A stretch of 64,000 bases of DNA from Treponemataceae bacterium (lineage in GTDB: Bacteria > Spirochaetota > Spirochaetia > Treponematales > Rectinemataceae). Below the pieces are notes generated by a model that had not been told where the DNA came from, ran no database searches, and worked only from the letters and a program-made list of their open reading frames with translations. Below, piece by piece: positions 46,427 through 56,506 of this stretch. The position numbers and the translations under genes are program-made. Within the stretch, counting starts at the first letter, position 1. The number at the start of each line of letters is the position of its first letter. Where the stretch lies: positions 32,001 through 96,000 of the forward strand of contig CAXXHO010000007.1 in assembly GCA_963667725.2 (NCBI GenBank). The letters run 5' to 3'.

Positions 46427-47065
46427 ATGGACATTATTCTGCGAAAAGAAACCATATCGGATTACAGGACCGTAGAAGAATTGACCCGCGAGGCGTTTTG
46501 GAACCTTTATATTCCCGGTTGTTCGGAACACTACCTCGCGCATGTCATGCGGCAGCATGAGGATTTTATTCCTGATCTTGATTATTTGGCTTCAGTCGAT
46601 GGAAAGATCGTCGGGAATATTATGTATACACGATCCTGCGTGGTTGACGAAAATCGAGAAACGATGGCTACCCTTACTTTTGGTCCTGTCAGCGTACTTC
46701 CTGATTACCAAAGAATGGGCATAGGGTCGCGATTGATAGAAAAAACGGTAGGCGACGCGAAAGCGAGAAAAGAGAAGGCGATAATTATTTATGGAAGTCC
46801 GAAGAATTATTGCAAATTCGGCTTTAAAAGTTCGAAGGATTTCAATATTTCGACAATGGATGGCAAGTATCCCTATGGCTTGTTGGTATTGGAGCTTGAA
46901 GAAGGAGCATTCAAAGGTCATAAATGGAAGTATCGGGAAAGCGAAGTCTATAATGTGAAAACGAGCGAAGCTGAAGAGTTCGATAAGGGATTTATGTACA
47001 AGGGAAAAGGGTATCGCTACACCCAAGAAGAATTCAGCATTTCATGCAGGGCGATAGTGGAGTAA
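46427..47065 (+). CDS. GNAT acetyltransferase (YhbS-like)
   Basis: TREAFWN..PGCSEHY, FGPVSVLPDYQRMGIG, YCKFGF. Confidence 0.9.
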   Translation: MDIILRKETISDYRTVEELTREAFWNLYIPGCSEHYLAHVMRQHEDFIPDLDYLASVDGKIVGNIMYTRSCVVDENRETMATLTFGPVSVLPDYQRMGIGSRLIEKTVGDAKARKEKAIIIYGSPKNYCKFGFKSSKDFNISTMDGKYPYGLLVLELEEGAFKGHKWKYRESEVYNVKTSEAEEFDKGFMYKGKGYRYTQEEFSISCRAIVE

Positions 47066-47124
47066 AATAAAACGGAGCGGGCGCCATGCGATTTCAGTTG
47101 CCAAACCGTACAGGAGAGTGAACG

Positions 47125-47607
47125 ATGCAGTATCATCCTAAACGTGTTCGAAATGAGATAATCGATGCCAATGAAATTGAGCGAATCTTGACATCAGGCA
47201 ATCACATCACGCTCGCCTTGTGCGATGGCGGCATCCCTTATATTGTTACCATGAGTTATGGATACGATGCGGATAGGAAGAGTCTGTACTTTCACTGCGC
47301 AAACAGGGGAGACAAGCTGGATTTTATTGAGAAAAATGGCAATACCTGCGGGACAATAATAAAAGACAATGGATATCTCAAGACAAAATGCGATCATGAT
47401 TACGAATCGTTGATCATCCGCGGCAAGATGAAAAAAGTCGAAGACCTTGAAGAAAAGAAGCATGGGCTTCAAATCCTGTTGAATCATCTGGAGGACGATC
47501 CCAAGCCGATATTTGACCGGAATATAAAGGATGATGGGTCATACGACAAGGTGACGATCTTGCGACTTGACATGGAAACGGTGATAGGAAAGAAATATAT
47601 TGGATAG
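47125..47607 (+). CDS. Pyridoxamine 5'-phosphate oxidase / Nim-like flavin-binding protein
   Basis: PYIVTMSYG, LYFHCA..GDKLD, YESLIIRG. Confidence 0.88.
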   Translation: MQYHPKRVRNEIIDANEIERILTSGNHITLALCDGGIPYIVTMSYGYDADRKSLYFHCANRGDKLDFIEKNGNTCGTIIKDNGYLKTKCDHDYESLIIRGKMKKVEDLEEKKHGLQILLNHLEDDPKPIFDRNIKDDGSYDKVTILRLDMETVIGKKYIG

Positions 47608-47619
47608 GATGTCGAGAAT

Positions 47620-47982
47620 ATGAGAACATGGAGACAAGGGATCATCGGAGCGATCAATTTGCCTCGCTCAGCCTGTCTATATGTGCATTGCCTCAAGTAT
47701 CCTTTGGTCAAGGTTTACGATGAATATGAATCGGAACATGAAAAACTCGCTGGGTATCTCTTCAGCGTACTGGTCGACAAATCGGTGTTGAGAAGAATCG
47801 ATAGGCTTGGCGAGTTGAAACTGTCAAAAGAAGAGAAGGACGAGGGCGACTCGTTTCTGTTTGATTCTAAAGAAAATAAAATATATCTACGGAAGCTTAT
47901 TGACGGAGAGGACGCTTTGATGGAAAAACTGTATGCGACGGAAGAGATTGTAGAAAAGTACTATGCGGTGAAAGGGGAATGA
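47620..47982 (+). CDS. Hypothetical protein
   Basis: 120-aa ORF packed between neighbours, with RBS. Confidence 0.65.
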   Translation: MRTWRQGIIGAINLPRSACLYVHCLKYPLVKVYDEYESEHEKLAGYLFSVLVDKSVLRRIDRLGELKLSKEEKDEGDSFLFDSKENKIYLRKLIDGEDALMEKLYATEEIVEKYYAVKGE

Positions 47983-48018
47983 GCTTTTTCCCTTATGTCG
48001 AGCTGGGAAGGATGGTCA

Positions 48019-48444
48019 ATGGAACAGATCAACGCAATTGAACTCAATGATGAGGGGGTTTATCCTGACAATTCCGTCCTCGAGAAAGTGTTGGGTGAAG
48101 CCTATCCCGCATACGTCGCCCTGATTGAGTTGTTCAATGAAAATGAAATGACGTACGAGTGGAGATACTATAGGGACGGCAATGCCTGGCTGTGCAAGGT
48201 GCAGAAGAAAAAACGAACGATAGTATGGATGTCGGCATGGAAAGGCTTTATGAAGGCAACAATATACTTTCCCGAGAAGCATGCCGCAGGCATTGAGGGG
48301 CTGGAGCTTGCCGATGAAACGAAGAGAAGAATATCTGCCGCAAAAAATGTGGGAACCTCAAAGCCGTGCATGTTTGAAATTAGGGGCAAAGACGCGATAG
48401 AAGATATGAAAGTCGTCATGGCATATAAGCTAAACACGAAATAG
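48019..48444 (+). CDS. DUF3788 family protein
   Basis: EWRYYRDGNAWLCK..KKRTIVW. Confidence 0.78.
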   Translation: MEQINAIELNDEGVYPDNSVLEKVLGEAYPAYVALIELFNENEMTYEWRYYRDGNAWLCKVQKKKRTIVWMSAWKGFMKATIYFPEKHAAGIEGLELADETKRRISAAKNVGTSKPCMFEIRGKDAIEDMKVVMAYKLNTK

Positions 48445-48480
48445 CGGGGAATTCCCCGATACTTCGAAAAGGAAGGTAAT

Positions 48481-48942
48481 ATGGCAGACATCACTCCATT
48501 TCTCTGGTTTGACAACTGTGCGCTGGCGGCCGCGAAATATTATTGCGGCATTTTCAAAAATTCCAGCATTCAGGAAATATCATACAAAGGCGACCAGAAG
48601 GAAGACATCGATTCCAACATCCTTACAGTCAGTTTCATGCTTGCTGGCAGGAATTTTGTGGGGCTCAACGGCGGCGATGTCTTCAAGTTCAATGAGGCGG
48701 TGTCATTTTCCATCGCGTGCAAGAATCAGGAAGAAATTGATTATTATTGGGGAAAGCTCACCTTGGACGGAGAAGAAGTACAATGCGGATGGCTGAAGGA
48801 TAAATATGGGTTATCGTGGCAAGTTGTTCCTGAAAACATGGGCAAGCTGCTGTATGATCCTGACCCAATAAAAGCGAAGCGCAAAATGGAAAAGATGCTT
48901 GCGATGAAGAAAATCAATATGCAGGAATTGGCGACCGTGTGA
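48481..48942 (+). CDS. VOC family protein (PhnB / 3-demethylubiquinone-9 MTase-like)
   Basis: ITPFLWFD, LNGG..FKFNEAVSF, QCGWLKDKYGLSWQVVP. Confidence 0.92.
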   Translation: MADITPFLWFDNCALAAAKYYCGIFKNSSIQEISYKGDQKEDIDSNILTVSFMLAGRNFVGLNGGDVFKFNEAVSFSIACKNQEEIDYYWGKLTLDGEEVQCGWLKDKYGLSWQVVPENMGKLLYDPDPIKAKRKMEKMLAMKKINMQELATV

Positions 48943-49012
48943 CATGGGCAAGTCCGACAGGCCCTGTCCAAGGGTTGCTGCATTCCTGGATCCAAGAGAT
49001 TAAGGAGCCGCC

Positions 49013-49375
49013 ATGACCGATGCAAGCAAGGATAAAAGGATTCGCGAGATGGAGTTCGGGAGCGTCTACCCTCTGTACGTTCAAAAGGCGACAAGAAAGG
49101 GAAGGACCAAGGAAGAGGTGGATGAGATCATATTTTGGCTGACGGGATATGATAGACGGACACTTCAGGAACAGATGGATAATAAAAGCAGCTTTGAAAC
49201 TTTTTTCGCTGAGGCGCCAAAGATCAACCCCAACGCTTCAAAAATTACAGGATCGATATGCGGGATTCGCGTTGAAGAAATTGAAGATGGAGTAGTACGG
49301 AAGGTTCGATATCTGGACAAGCTGATAGATGAACTGGCCAAGGGAAGAGCAATCGACAAGATCCTCAGGAAATGA
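49013..49375 (+). CDS. DUF2200 family protein
   Basis: [40 protein letters not shown]. Confidence 0.9.
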   Translation: MTDASKDKRIREMEFGSVYPLYVQKATRKGRTKEEVDEIIFWLTGYDRRTLQEQMDNKSSFETFFAEAPKINPNASKITGSICGIRVEEIEDGVVRKVRYLDKLIDELAKGRAIDKILRK

Positions 49376-49512
49376 CTGCGGTCACAGCGCATCAATATGA
49401 GGCATGTATTGGCTGGACGCCATCCTGCGAAAAGTTTCGCAATTTGTATTGCATCTCATTCATAAGTAAAGCAATATAGCCGCACATCACGGAATGGGGA
49501 GAATTCGACATA

Positions 49513-50169
49513 ATGCTTAAAGTAGCGCTGCGCTTTGGCAAATTGATATTGGGGCTTTTCCTATATGCTTTGGGAATAGTCCTTACAATAAAAGCAAATA
49601 TTGGATATGGACCCTGGGAAGTCTTTCATGTGGGGCTCGGCAAAACAGTAGGCATCACGATTGGAAACGCAAGCATAATCGTGGGGCTTGTCATCATAGT
49701 CATTACATTGCTGATGGGGGAAAAAGTAGGGATCGGGACAATCCTCAACATGGTTCTGATAGGGGTATTCCTCGATATGATACTGGCGGGCAATGTCATC
49801 CCAACGATGAATACGATGCTCTCAGGAGTCTTGGCGCTCATAGTCGGCTTGTACACAATATCATTGGGATCATATTTCTATATCGGCTCCGGTTTTGGCG
49901 CCGGGCCGCGCGATGGCTTGATGGTGGCGTTGACGCGGAAGATAAAACTGCCGATAGGCGTTGTTCGCAGCAGCATCGAGCTGGTTGCGACGATATTGGG
50001 ATGGCTCCTGGGAGGCATGGTCGGGATTGGGACGTTGATATCTGGCTTTGCAATAGGCTTTTGCATCCAGAGCACCTTTAAGCTTTTGCGATTTGATCCC
50101 ACAAAAATAGTCCACTCGACGATCAGGGAAAGCTATAGAGAAATAAAGCTGGTCCTCGCGGGAAAGTAG
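49513..50169 (+). CDS. YczE/YyaS/YitT-like membrane protein
   Basis: ANIGYGPWEVFH, GIGTILN, GAGPRDGLM. Confidence 0.88.
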   Translation: MLKVALRFGKLILGLFLYALGIVLTIKANIGYGPWEVFHVGLGKTVGITIGNASIIVGLVIIVITLLMGEKVGIGTILNMVLIGVFLDMILAGNVIPTMNTMLSGVLALIVGLYTISLGSYFYIGSGFGAGPRDGLMVALTRKIKLPIGVVRSSIELVATILGWLLGGMVGIGTLISGFAIGFCIQSTFKLLRFDPTKIVHSTIRESYREIKLVLAGK

Positions 50170-50305
50170 AAAAGACGCCGATAGCGAGTCCAATCCGGCG
50201 AGGTCAATGTCCTGGTTCGCCCGCCTCGCCTTGCCCGCGAGGCATAGGCATGCCAATATACGCATTGTCGAATTGGCCAATGTCAGGAGAAAGGGGCTGC
50301 GCTTT

Positions 50306-50803
50306 ATGGATGAGCATATTCGCTTCGTCTGCAAGGAAGATGCTGCAAATATCGTTGAGATATACAACTACTATGTGCTGAATACGGAAATATCCTTTGA
50401 GGAAGATGCGGTCTCCGTGGAAGAGATGGGCGGGCGAATTGAGGAGAAGATAAAAAAGTTCCCTTGGATCGCATATGTGGAAGGTGGGGAACTTCTGGGA
50501 TATGCCTATGCCGGCCAATGGAAAGAACGATCGGCGTATAGGCATACCGTCGAAGACACGATCTACGTGAGAGCGGGCGAGGTGGGCAGAGGCATAGGAC
50601 GAAAGCTCTTCGAGGGCTTGCTGGAAGAACTGGCGAAAGACAAAGAAGTGCACGCAATCATGGGAGTGATCGCGCTGCCCAACGAGAAGAGCGTGCTAAT
50701 GCATGAAAGGAATGGGTTCATAAAAGCGGCCCATTTTAGGGAAGTTGGATTCAAGAACAACAAGTGGATAGATGTTGGATATTGGGAAAAGGTGATGGGC
50801 TAG
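50306..50803 (+). CDS. GNAT acetyltransferase (phosphinothricin/YncA-like)
   Basis: IYNYYV.NT.ISFE, GYAYA..W.ERSAY, IALPNEKSV.MHE..GF, EVGFK..KWIDVGYW. Confidence 0.92.
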   Translation: MDEHIRFVCKEDAANIVEIYNYYVLNTEISFEEDAVSVEEMGGRIEEKIKKFPWIAYVEGGELLGYAYAGQWKERSAYRHTVEDTIYVRAGEVGRGIGRKLFEGLLEELAKDKEVHAIMGVIALPNEKSVLMHERNGFIKAAHFREVGFKNNKWIDVGYWEKVMG

Positions 50804-50830
50804 TCGCCGCGGGGCGAGCCGGGAGACAAC

Positions 50831-51733
50831 GTGAAATCGTATATAGTATATCAGGTAGACTCGTTTACGGATACAATATTCTGCGGGAATCCCGCCGGGG
50901 TCGTCCTCAACGCGGATGGCTTGTCCGATGAGGATATGCTGAGCATAGCCAGGGAATTGAACAACTCGGAAACATCATTTTTCTTTTCCCCTAAAGACGG
51001 GAGCTGCGACGGCGAGCTGCGTTATTTTACACCCAAAGTTGAAGTTCCGACCTGCGGACATGCGACGATAGCGGCGCTCTATGCGAAGGCTGTAGAGGAG
51101 AAAATGGGGAGCCGCTTGCTGAATATCCGGACTAGGGTCGGGGTACTCCCCATGGAAATAGCGAAAAAGGGAGATGATTACTCCGTTTGCATGACGCAGG
51201 GCAGGGTGGAAATCTCGGATTCCCTGGATGGCCCGTTGGCCGATGAACTGTTGACGGCCCTGGGGCTGAAAAAGGATGATCTTGACGCGAGGTGCCCCAT
51301 GCAAATAGCCTCGACGGGACATTCCAAAGTGATGATAGGCATCAAAAGCAGGACTGCCTTGAATGGGATTGTTCCCGATTTCGCCGGACTTGCGGAATTG
51401 AGCAAGAAAATAAAATGCAATGGCTACTTTGTCTTCACCTTTGACACGAGCGAAGGGCGCGCCTTGACTGAGGGACGGATGTTCGCGCCGGCGATCGGAG
51501 TCAATGAGGATCCCGTGACTGGAAACGCGAACGGGCCATTGGGCGCCTACTTGATTCACAACAAGATCGTGCGGGAAGAAAATGGGAAATTTGAGTTTAT
51601 CGGGTATCAAGGGGAGCAGATGCATCGGCCTGGAAGAATAATGGTGGAAGTGACAGTGCGCGATGGAAAACCAGAGAAGGTAAAGATCGCCGGGCAAGCA
51701 AGGATTGTTTTTAGGACTGAAATTACTTTGTAA
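50831..51733 (+). CDS. PhzF family isomerase
   Basis: QVDSFT..F.GNPAGVV, NNSETSF, FTP..EVPTCGHAT, EDPVTGNANG. Confidence 0.92.
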   Translation: MKSYIVYQVDSFTDTIFCGNPAGVVLNADGLSDEDMLSIARELNNSETSFFFSPKDGSCDGELRYFTPKVEVPTCGHATIAALYAKAVEEKMGSRLLNIRTRVGVLPMEIAKKGDDYSVCMTQGRVEISDSLDGPLADELLTALGLKKDDLDARCPMQIASTGHSKVMIGIKSRTALNGIVPDFAGLAELSKKIKCNGYFVFTFDTSEGRALTEGRMFAPAIGVNEDPVTGNANGPLGAYLIHNKIVREENGKFEFIGYQGEQMHRPGRIMVEVTVRDGKPEKVKIAGQARIVFRTEITL

Positions 51734-51792
51734 AGCGGGAATTGTTCCGCATAAATGCTGGGCGACAATATGTTTGGAGATGCGAAGAGATT

Positions 51793-52575
51793 ATGGTAGG
51801 GATATTCTCATGGTATGGAATCCGGCAGGTGTTTGAAAAGCGCATAAAGGCGATAAAATGCGCGGGATTCGATGCGACTGCGATATGGATCGACGAGGAC
51901 GGACAATGGGAGACCGATCCTGAAGATATGCCCAAAATCATAAGGGACAATGGCCTCATTCTCGAATATGCGCATGCGCCGTATAGCCGCTGCAATAGCT
52001 TGTGGGACCAGACTAAACATTGGGAGCTCGAGGAAGAGATTAAAAAGCACATCAATTATTGTTCAAGACATGGAATACCAATTCTGGTGACGCATCTCAC
52101 CAAGGGATACAGGGTCAAGGAAGCAAATGAGCACGGCCTCAACGCCCTAAAGAGGATTGTGTCCTACGCCAAGGACAACAACGTGAGCATCGCCGCAGAG
52201 AATACAAAGCAGAATGCAGTCGTTGAAAAGGTTTTTGCGGAGATAGGGGACAGGGCACTGGGCCTATGTTTCGATACGTCGCATGACAATTTATATAGCG
52301 ACAGGAAATTTTCGCTTTTGGAAAAATACCACGACAGATTGCTCTGCCTCCATATATCCGACAACGATGGGCGCATGGACGACCATTGGATACCCTACCA
52401 GGGCATGATCGACTGGAATGAATTTGTCAGGAAATTCCCCAAAGAATACGGGGGAATACTTAATCTGGAAATACTCTCCAGGAACAAGGATGACGACGAA
52501 ATGTCCGTATTGGGAGAGGCGTACGGTACTATTAGGGGCATTGAGGAGAAAATCGCATCGCGGCGCCAATGCTGA
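51793..52575 (+). CDS. Sugar phosphate isomerase/epimerase (AP endonuclease 2-type TIM barrel)
   Basis: HAPY, IAAEN, CFDTSH, LHISDNDG..DDH..P, LEI. Confidence 0.88.
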   Translation: MVGIFSWYGIRQVFEKRIKAIKCAGFDATAIWIDEDGQWETDPEDMPKIIRDNGLILEYAHAPYSRCNSLWDQTKHWELEEEIKKHINYCSRHGIPILVTHLTKGYRVKEANEHGLNALKRIVSYAKDNNVSIAAENTKQNAVVEKVFAEIGDRALGLCFDTSHDNLYSDRKFSLLEKYHDRLLCLHISDNDGRMDDHWIPYQGMIDWNEFVRKFPKEYGGILNLEILSRNKDDDEMSVLGEAYGTIRGIEEKIASRRQC

Positions 52576-52639
52576 CGAGGCCGGACAAGCCTTGGAACGC
52601 CAATGTTCCCGCTGCGATAGGTTCGAAGGAGACTAAGCG

Positions 52640-53209
52640 ATGAATTTGGCCATTACCATAATTAACTTGCTGAATCAGTTCCAAGCTGGATATTACGCCC
52701 GAGAGGCAAGCCGCCTCGACGAGTTCATGGAGCTGTTCACGCACGATGTGGAAATAATCGGAACGAATGGATCATATCCCGGAAAAGATGAATGGTACCT
52801 CGATCAGGTTGGCGCGCGAGCGCTCGTGTCGGGAGACTGGGAAGACTGGGGGGATTTGAAGATCGATTTTGACGCGGTGAGGATTCACGAAAGAGGAAAT
52901 GTCGGCTGGGTGTCGATCCCCGCGACCGTGACAAAAATCATAGGCGATGACAACTATCAATCATATCTGGATTATGTAAAAAGCTACATGGATCTTCCAA
53001 ATATTCCCGCCAAAAACAAGCTGCTCAACATACTTCGGGGAGGTACCAACACCGTATTTGAGCTGAACCGAGGGGAGAAATTTGTCTGGCCCATCAGGAT
53101 AACGGCCGTTGTATTAAATGAAGACAATGGCTGGAAATTCGCGCAGATGTGCTTCTCGTTTTCCACGATTTATTTTCCTGACGTTAGGGAATTCGAGAAG
53201 CTCGCATAA
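52640..53209 (+). CDS. NTF2/SnoaL-like protein
   Basis: FQAGY..R..FMELF..IIGT, RITAVVL..WKFAQM.FS. Confidence 0.78.
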   Translation: MNLAITIINLLNQFQAGYYAREASRLDEFMELFTHDVEIIGTNGSYPGKDEWYLDQVGARALVSGDWEDWGDLKIDFDAVRIHERGNVGWVSIPATVTKIIGDDNYQSYLDYVKSYMDLPNIPAKNKLLNILRGGTNTVFELNRGEKFVWPIRITAVVLNEDNGWKFAQMCFSFSTIYFPDVREFEKLA

Positions 53210-53283
53210 TGAAGGCAAGCGCCGCAACAAGTTTGACACCAAGGTCGGCAAGTTGTATAAGGCATTAAGGCCAGGAGGATGTC

Positions 53284-53865
53284 ATGAATCCTGAAGTCGA
53301 TGATTTTCTTCGCAGCGAAAAAAGGTGGAAGGCGGAGTTTTCGAAGTTGAGGACGATAATCCTCGATTGCCGGCTTGAGGAAGGGGTGAAGTGGGGACAG
53401 CCCTGCTACTCGCTGGATGGCAAGAATATCGTCTTGATTCACGGATTCAAAGAATACTGCGCGATGCTTTTTTTCAAAGGCGCTCTGCTGAAAGACCCGA
53501 AACATGTTTTGATCACGCAAACGGAAAACGTCCAGGCGAGCAGGCAAATCCGATTTACGAACGCTGACGAAATAGCGGCGCTCGAGCCGACCCTGAAAGA
53601 GTACATCGCTGAGGCTATCGAGGTGGAAAAGTCGGGACTGAAGATAGCTTTTAGGGAAACGAAAGAGTTCAAAATGCCCGAAGAGCTGCAGGAGAAAATG
53701 GATGCGGTCCCCGGCTTGAGGGATTCGTTCAATGCCCTGACGCCGGGACGGCAGAGGGCGTACATTCTGTTCTTTTCCGAGCCAAAGCAGGCGAAGACAA
53801 GGGTATCCCGGATAGAGAAGTATGTGGAGCATATCATGGCCGGAAAGGGATTGCAGGATATTTGA
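53284..53865 (+). CDS. YdeI family protein (DUF1801 plus OmpD-associated domain)
   Basis: KWGQPCY, IHGFKEYCA.LFFKGALLKDP, FNALTPGRQRAY. Confidence 0.92.
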   Translation: MNPEVDDFLRSEKRWKAEFSKLRTIILDCRLEEGVKWGQPCYSLDGKNIVLIHGFKEYCAMLFFKGALLKDPKHVLITQTENVQASRQIRFTNADEIAALEPTLKEYIAEAIEVEKSGLKIAFRETKEFKMPEELQEKMDAVPGLRDSFNALTPGRQRAYILFFSEPKQAKTRVSRIEKYVEHIMAGKGLQDI

Positions 53866-53928
53866 GGGGGCGGGTCTGCAAGCCTTGCGCGGCTTTTCGG
53901 AAAAGCGTGCTTTCCATAGGAGGAAGAT

Positions 53929-54558
53929 ATGGAGCTCAATCATCCAGAGTTGACGCAAACGGCGCTCGGCATCCTGAGGAGCGGCAGCACCTTCCAATGG
54001 TACTTCATCCCGCTTATGGCCTTCGCCGTCTACGTGTATTTCTGTGAGATCGAAAAGAAGAATTGGAAAGGGATAGCTTCCGGCCTAGCCTTGTATTCCA
54101 CGCATTGGGCCTACGAAATAGCCAACGCGCTGATACAGCATTTTTCCGGACATGCGCTGTGGACCGTTCCCTCCGGGACCTCATTCTTGCTGCTCGTCGG
54201 CGTTGGCTGGGAATTGTCGATGATGTTCGCGGTGGCGGGCGTGATTTTCTCAAAAATACTTCCGGCGGATCCGAAGGCGGAAATATTGGGGATCAACAAT
54301 AGGATCGCAATCGCGGTAGGCAATGCCGCGTTATTCTCCATCATAGAGATTTTTCTCGCGAAGACGCCGGCATTTCACTGGGTGTACGGTTGGTGGGGTG
54401 CCCTGCCGGTGTTCATCACCGTGTACATTCCGTTCTTTTTGATGGCCAACTTCGCGTACGATTGGAAGCCCAGGACCCAGAAAATCGTGATAGGGTCGTT
54501 GGCTGCGGTCGACCTGCTCGCGATGGTCGTTTTTGCCGGCCTGCTGAAGTGGATTTAG
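53929..54558 (+). CDS. Multi-pass membrane protein, paralogue of the cassette gene 29125..29766
   Basis: ALGILR..FQWYFIP, EIAN, LWTVP, ELSMMFAVAG, ILGINNR. Confidence 0.85.
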   Translation: MELNHPELTQTALGILRSGSTFQWYFIPLMAFAVYVYFCEIEKKNWKGIASGLALYSTHWAYEIANALIQHFSGHALWTVPSGTSFLLLVGVGWELSMMFAVAGVIFSKILPADPKAEILGINNRIAIAVGNAALFSIIEIFLAKTPAFHWVYGWWGALPVFITVYIPFFLMANFAYDWKPRTQKIVIGSLAAVDLLAMVVFAGLLKWI

Positions 54559-54584
54559 CGAAATCCGTCGACACGCGAGGCTTT

Positions 54585-55133
54585 ATGATACCGTATTCCC
54601 GAAAAAGACCGGAATTCTCGCTCTGCGGTCTCAACTGTTCCTTGTGCCCCCGATTCCACACCGAGGGGACATCCCGGTGCCCCGGCTGCGGCGGATCTGG
54701 GTTTAGCCTGAAGCATCCTTCCTGCGGCGTGATTTCATGCGCGAGGAAGAACGGCGATGTGGAGTATTGCTTTGAATGCGCCAAGTATCCCTGCGAGAAA
54801 TACGCGCGGGATGGCGGGAAAGACTCGTTCATCACGTACAAAAAGGTCGCCGAGGATATCGCCGCCGCGAAAGCCGACATCGAGGCTTATTTGGCTGCCC
54901 TTGGGAAAAAAGAAGCCATTCTCCGAGAGCTGATCGCCCGATTCGACAACGGCAGGATGAAAGGATACTACTGCCTGGCGGTGAACTTGCTGCCCCTGGA
55001 CGATCTCGCCGCGCTCGTCGATGGCGCGCGGGCGATGGAGGTCGACGATAAAGATTCGATCGCCTCCGCGCTGAAGGAAGGCCTTCGGGAAATCGCGGCC
55101 CGGCGCGGTATCGACGTGGCCTTGAGGCGGTGA
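54585..55133 (+). CDS. DUF3795 cysteine-cluster protein
   Basis: CGLNCSLCP, CPGCG, C.VISCA, YCFEC..YPC. Confidence 0.85.
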   Translation: MIPYSRKRPEFSLCGLNCSLCPRFHTEGTSRCPGCGGSGFSLKHPSCGVISCARKNGDVEYCFECAKYPCEKYARDGGKDSFITYKKVAEDIAAAKADIEAYLAALGKKEAILRELIARFDNGRMKGYYCLAVNLLPLDDLAALVDGARAMEVDDKDSIASALKEGLREIAARRGIDVALRR

Positions 55134-55187
55134 AGACGCCGCTGACGCCGGCATAGGCTGCGGCGCGGAATAATTGAGAGGGGATTT

Positions 55188-55646
55188 ATGGATATCAGGA
55201 CTATGACCATGGAGGATTACGGCGAGGTCTATGCCTTGTGGGCGTCGACGCCCGGCATGGGGCTCAACAGCCTCGACGACAGCCGGGAGGGTATTCAAAA
55301 GTATCTAAATCGCAATCCGGGCACCTGCTTCGTCGCGACAAACCAGGGACACATCGCCGGGGTGATCCTGAGCGGCCACGATGGCCGGAGGGGGTTCATC
55401 TACCACACGGCGGTCGCGATCAGCGAGCGCGGAAAAGGCTGCGGCAAGGCGCTGGTGGAGCGCGCGCTGGACGCGCTTCGCGCCGAGGGAATCAACAAGG
55501 TGGCGCTCGTGGTCTATGAGAACAACGATATCGGAAATGGCTTCTGGGAAGCCTTGGGATTCGATCGCCGACCGGATTTGACCTATAGGAACAAGGTGAT
55601 CGCTGAGCGCCCCATGAAAGTACTGGACCCGATCGCGGGACGCTGA
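55188..55646 (+). CDS. GNAT acetyltransferase (YpeA-like)
   Basis: GHDGRRGFIYHTAV..RGKG.G, KVALVV..N..GN.FW. Confidence 0.92.
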   Translation: MDIRTMTMEDYGEVYALWASTPGMGLNSLDDSREGIQKYLNRNPGTCFVATNQGHIAGVILSGHDGRRGFIYHTAVAISERGKGCGKALVERALDALRAEGINKVALVVYENNDIGNGFWEALGFDRRPDLTYRNKVIAERPMKVLDPIAGR

Positions 55647-55677
55647 GCGGTTGTCGCCCCGGTGATGGAAAACTATA

Positions 55678-55947
55678 ATGGAATGTAGGCCCGGCTGCGC
55701 AGGATGCTGCATTTATATTTCCATTTCCTCGCCGATCCCGGGGATGCCTGGGGGAAAGCCGGCCGGGATGCGCTGCGCGAACCTCGATGCGGCCAACCGC
55801 TGCAGGATTCATGGAAGCGGCGACTACCCCGCGGTATGCAGAGCCTTTTCGCCGTCGGAAGAGATGTGCGGAACCGACGACGAGCAGGCGCGCGATTATC
55901 TGATTTCCCTGGAAGCGCTGACAATGCCGCCCGAGCGAGCACATTGA
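55678..55947 (+). CDS. YkgJ family cysteine-cluster protein
   Basis: CRPGCAGCC..SISSPIPGMP.GKPAG.RC..L..C.I..P.VC. Confidence 0.9.
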   Translation: MECRPGCAGCCIYISISSPIPGMPGGKPAGMRCANLDAANRCRIHGSGDYPAVCRAFSPSEEMCGTDDEQARDYLISLEALTMPPERAH

Positions 55948-55962
55948 GGAGAGAATTCATCC

Positions 55963-56466
55963 ATGAACACATTCATTGACGTTTTGATGTCGCGGCGCAG
56001 CGTTCGGCAGTTTTCCGGAGCCCAGGTAAGGCAGGAGGACCTTGAGCTGTTGACGAGGGCGGGCATGGCGGCTCCCACGGGGATGAACCTGCAGCCATGG
56101 TCTTTCATCGTCGTTACTGACAGGCGCAAAATGGATGCCCTGCGCGAGGGGCTGCCTTATGCGAAAATGCTGGACAAGGCGGGGGCGGCCATCGTCGTTT
56201 GCGGCGACCGGAGCGCGCATCATTGGGTTGAGGACTGCTCCGCCGCGGCGGAGAATATCCTGCTCGCGGCCCATGCCCTGGGCTATGGGGCGGTATGGAC
56301 GGCGGCGTATCCTTACGAGGACAGGATCGCGATAGTCGGGAAGGAATGCGAGATTCCGCCCGAGTTCATCCCGCTCTGCGTCATTCCGGTAGGCGTTCCC
56401 CGCGGCGGGGCCGGCGCCGCGAAAGACAAGTATCGGCCGGCGAGTGTCCATAAGGATGTCTGGTGA
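55963..56466 (+). CDS. Nitroreductase family protein
   Basis: RRSVR, AAPTG.N.QPW.F, DCSAA.ENILLAA.ALG.G.VW. Confidence 0.92.
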   Translation: MNTFIDVLMSRRSVRQFSGAQVRQEDLELLTRAGMAAPTGMNLQPWSFIVVTDRRKMDALREGLPYAKMLDKAGAAIVVCGDRSAHHWVEDCSAAAENILLAAHALGYGAVWTAAYPYEDRIAIVGKECEIPPEFIPLCVIPVGVPRGGAGAAKDKYRPASVHKDVW

Positions 56467-56506
56467 CCGGGGAGCAATCTGAAAAGACCGTGGACTCGAA
56501 TTCATC

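Noticed and set aside
10111..55646. Calling the GNAT, DHFR-like, MBL-fold or VOC genes antibiotic-resistance genes
   Set aside because: Only superfamily-level motifs are visible; none is recognisable as aac, dfr, bla or fos.
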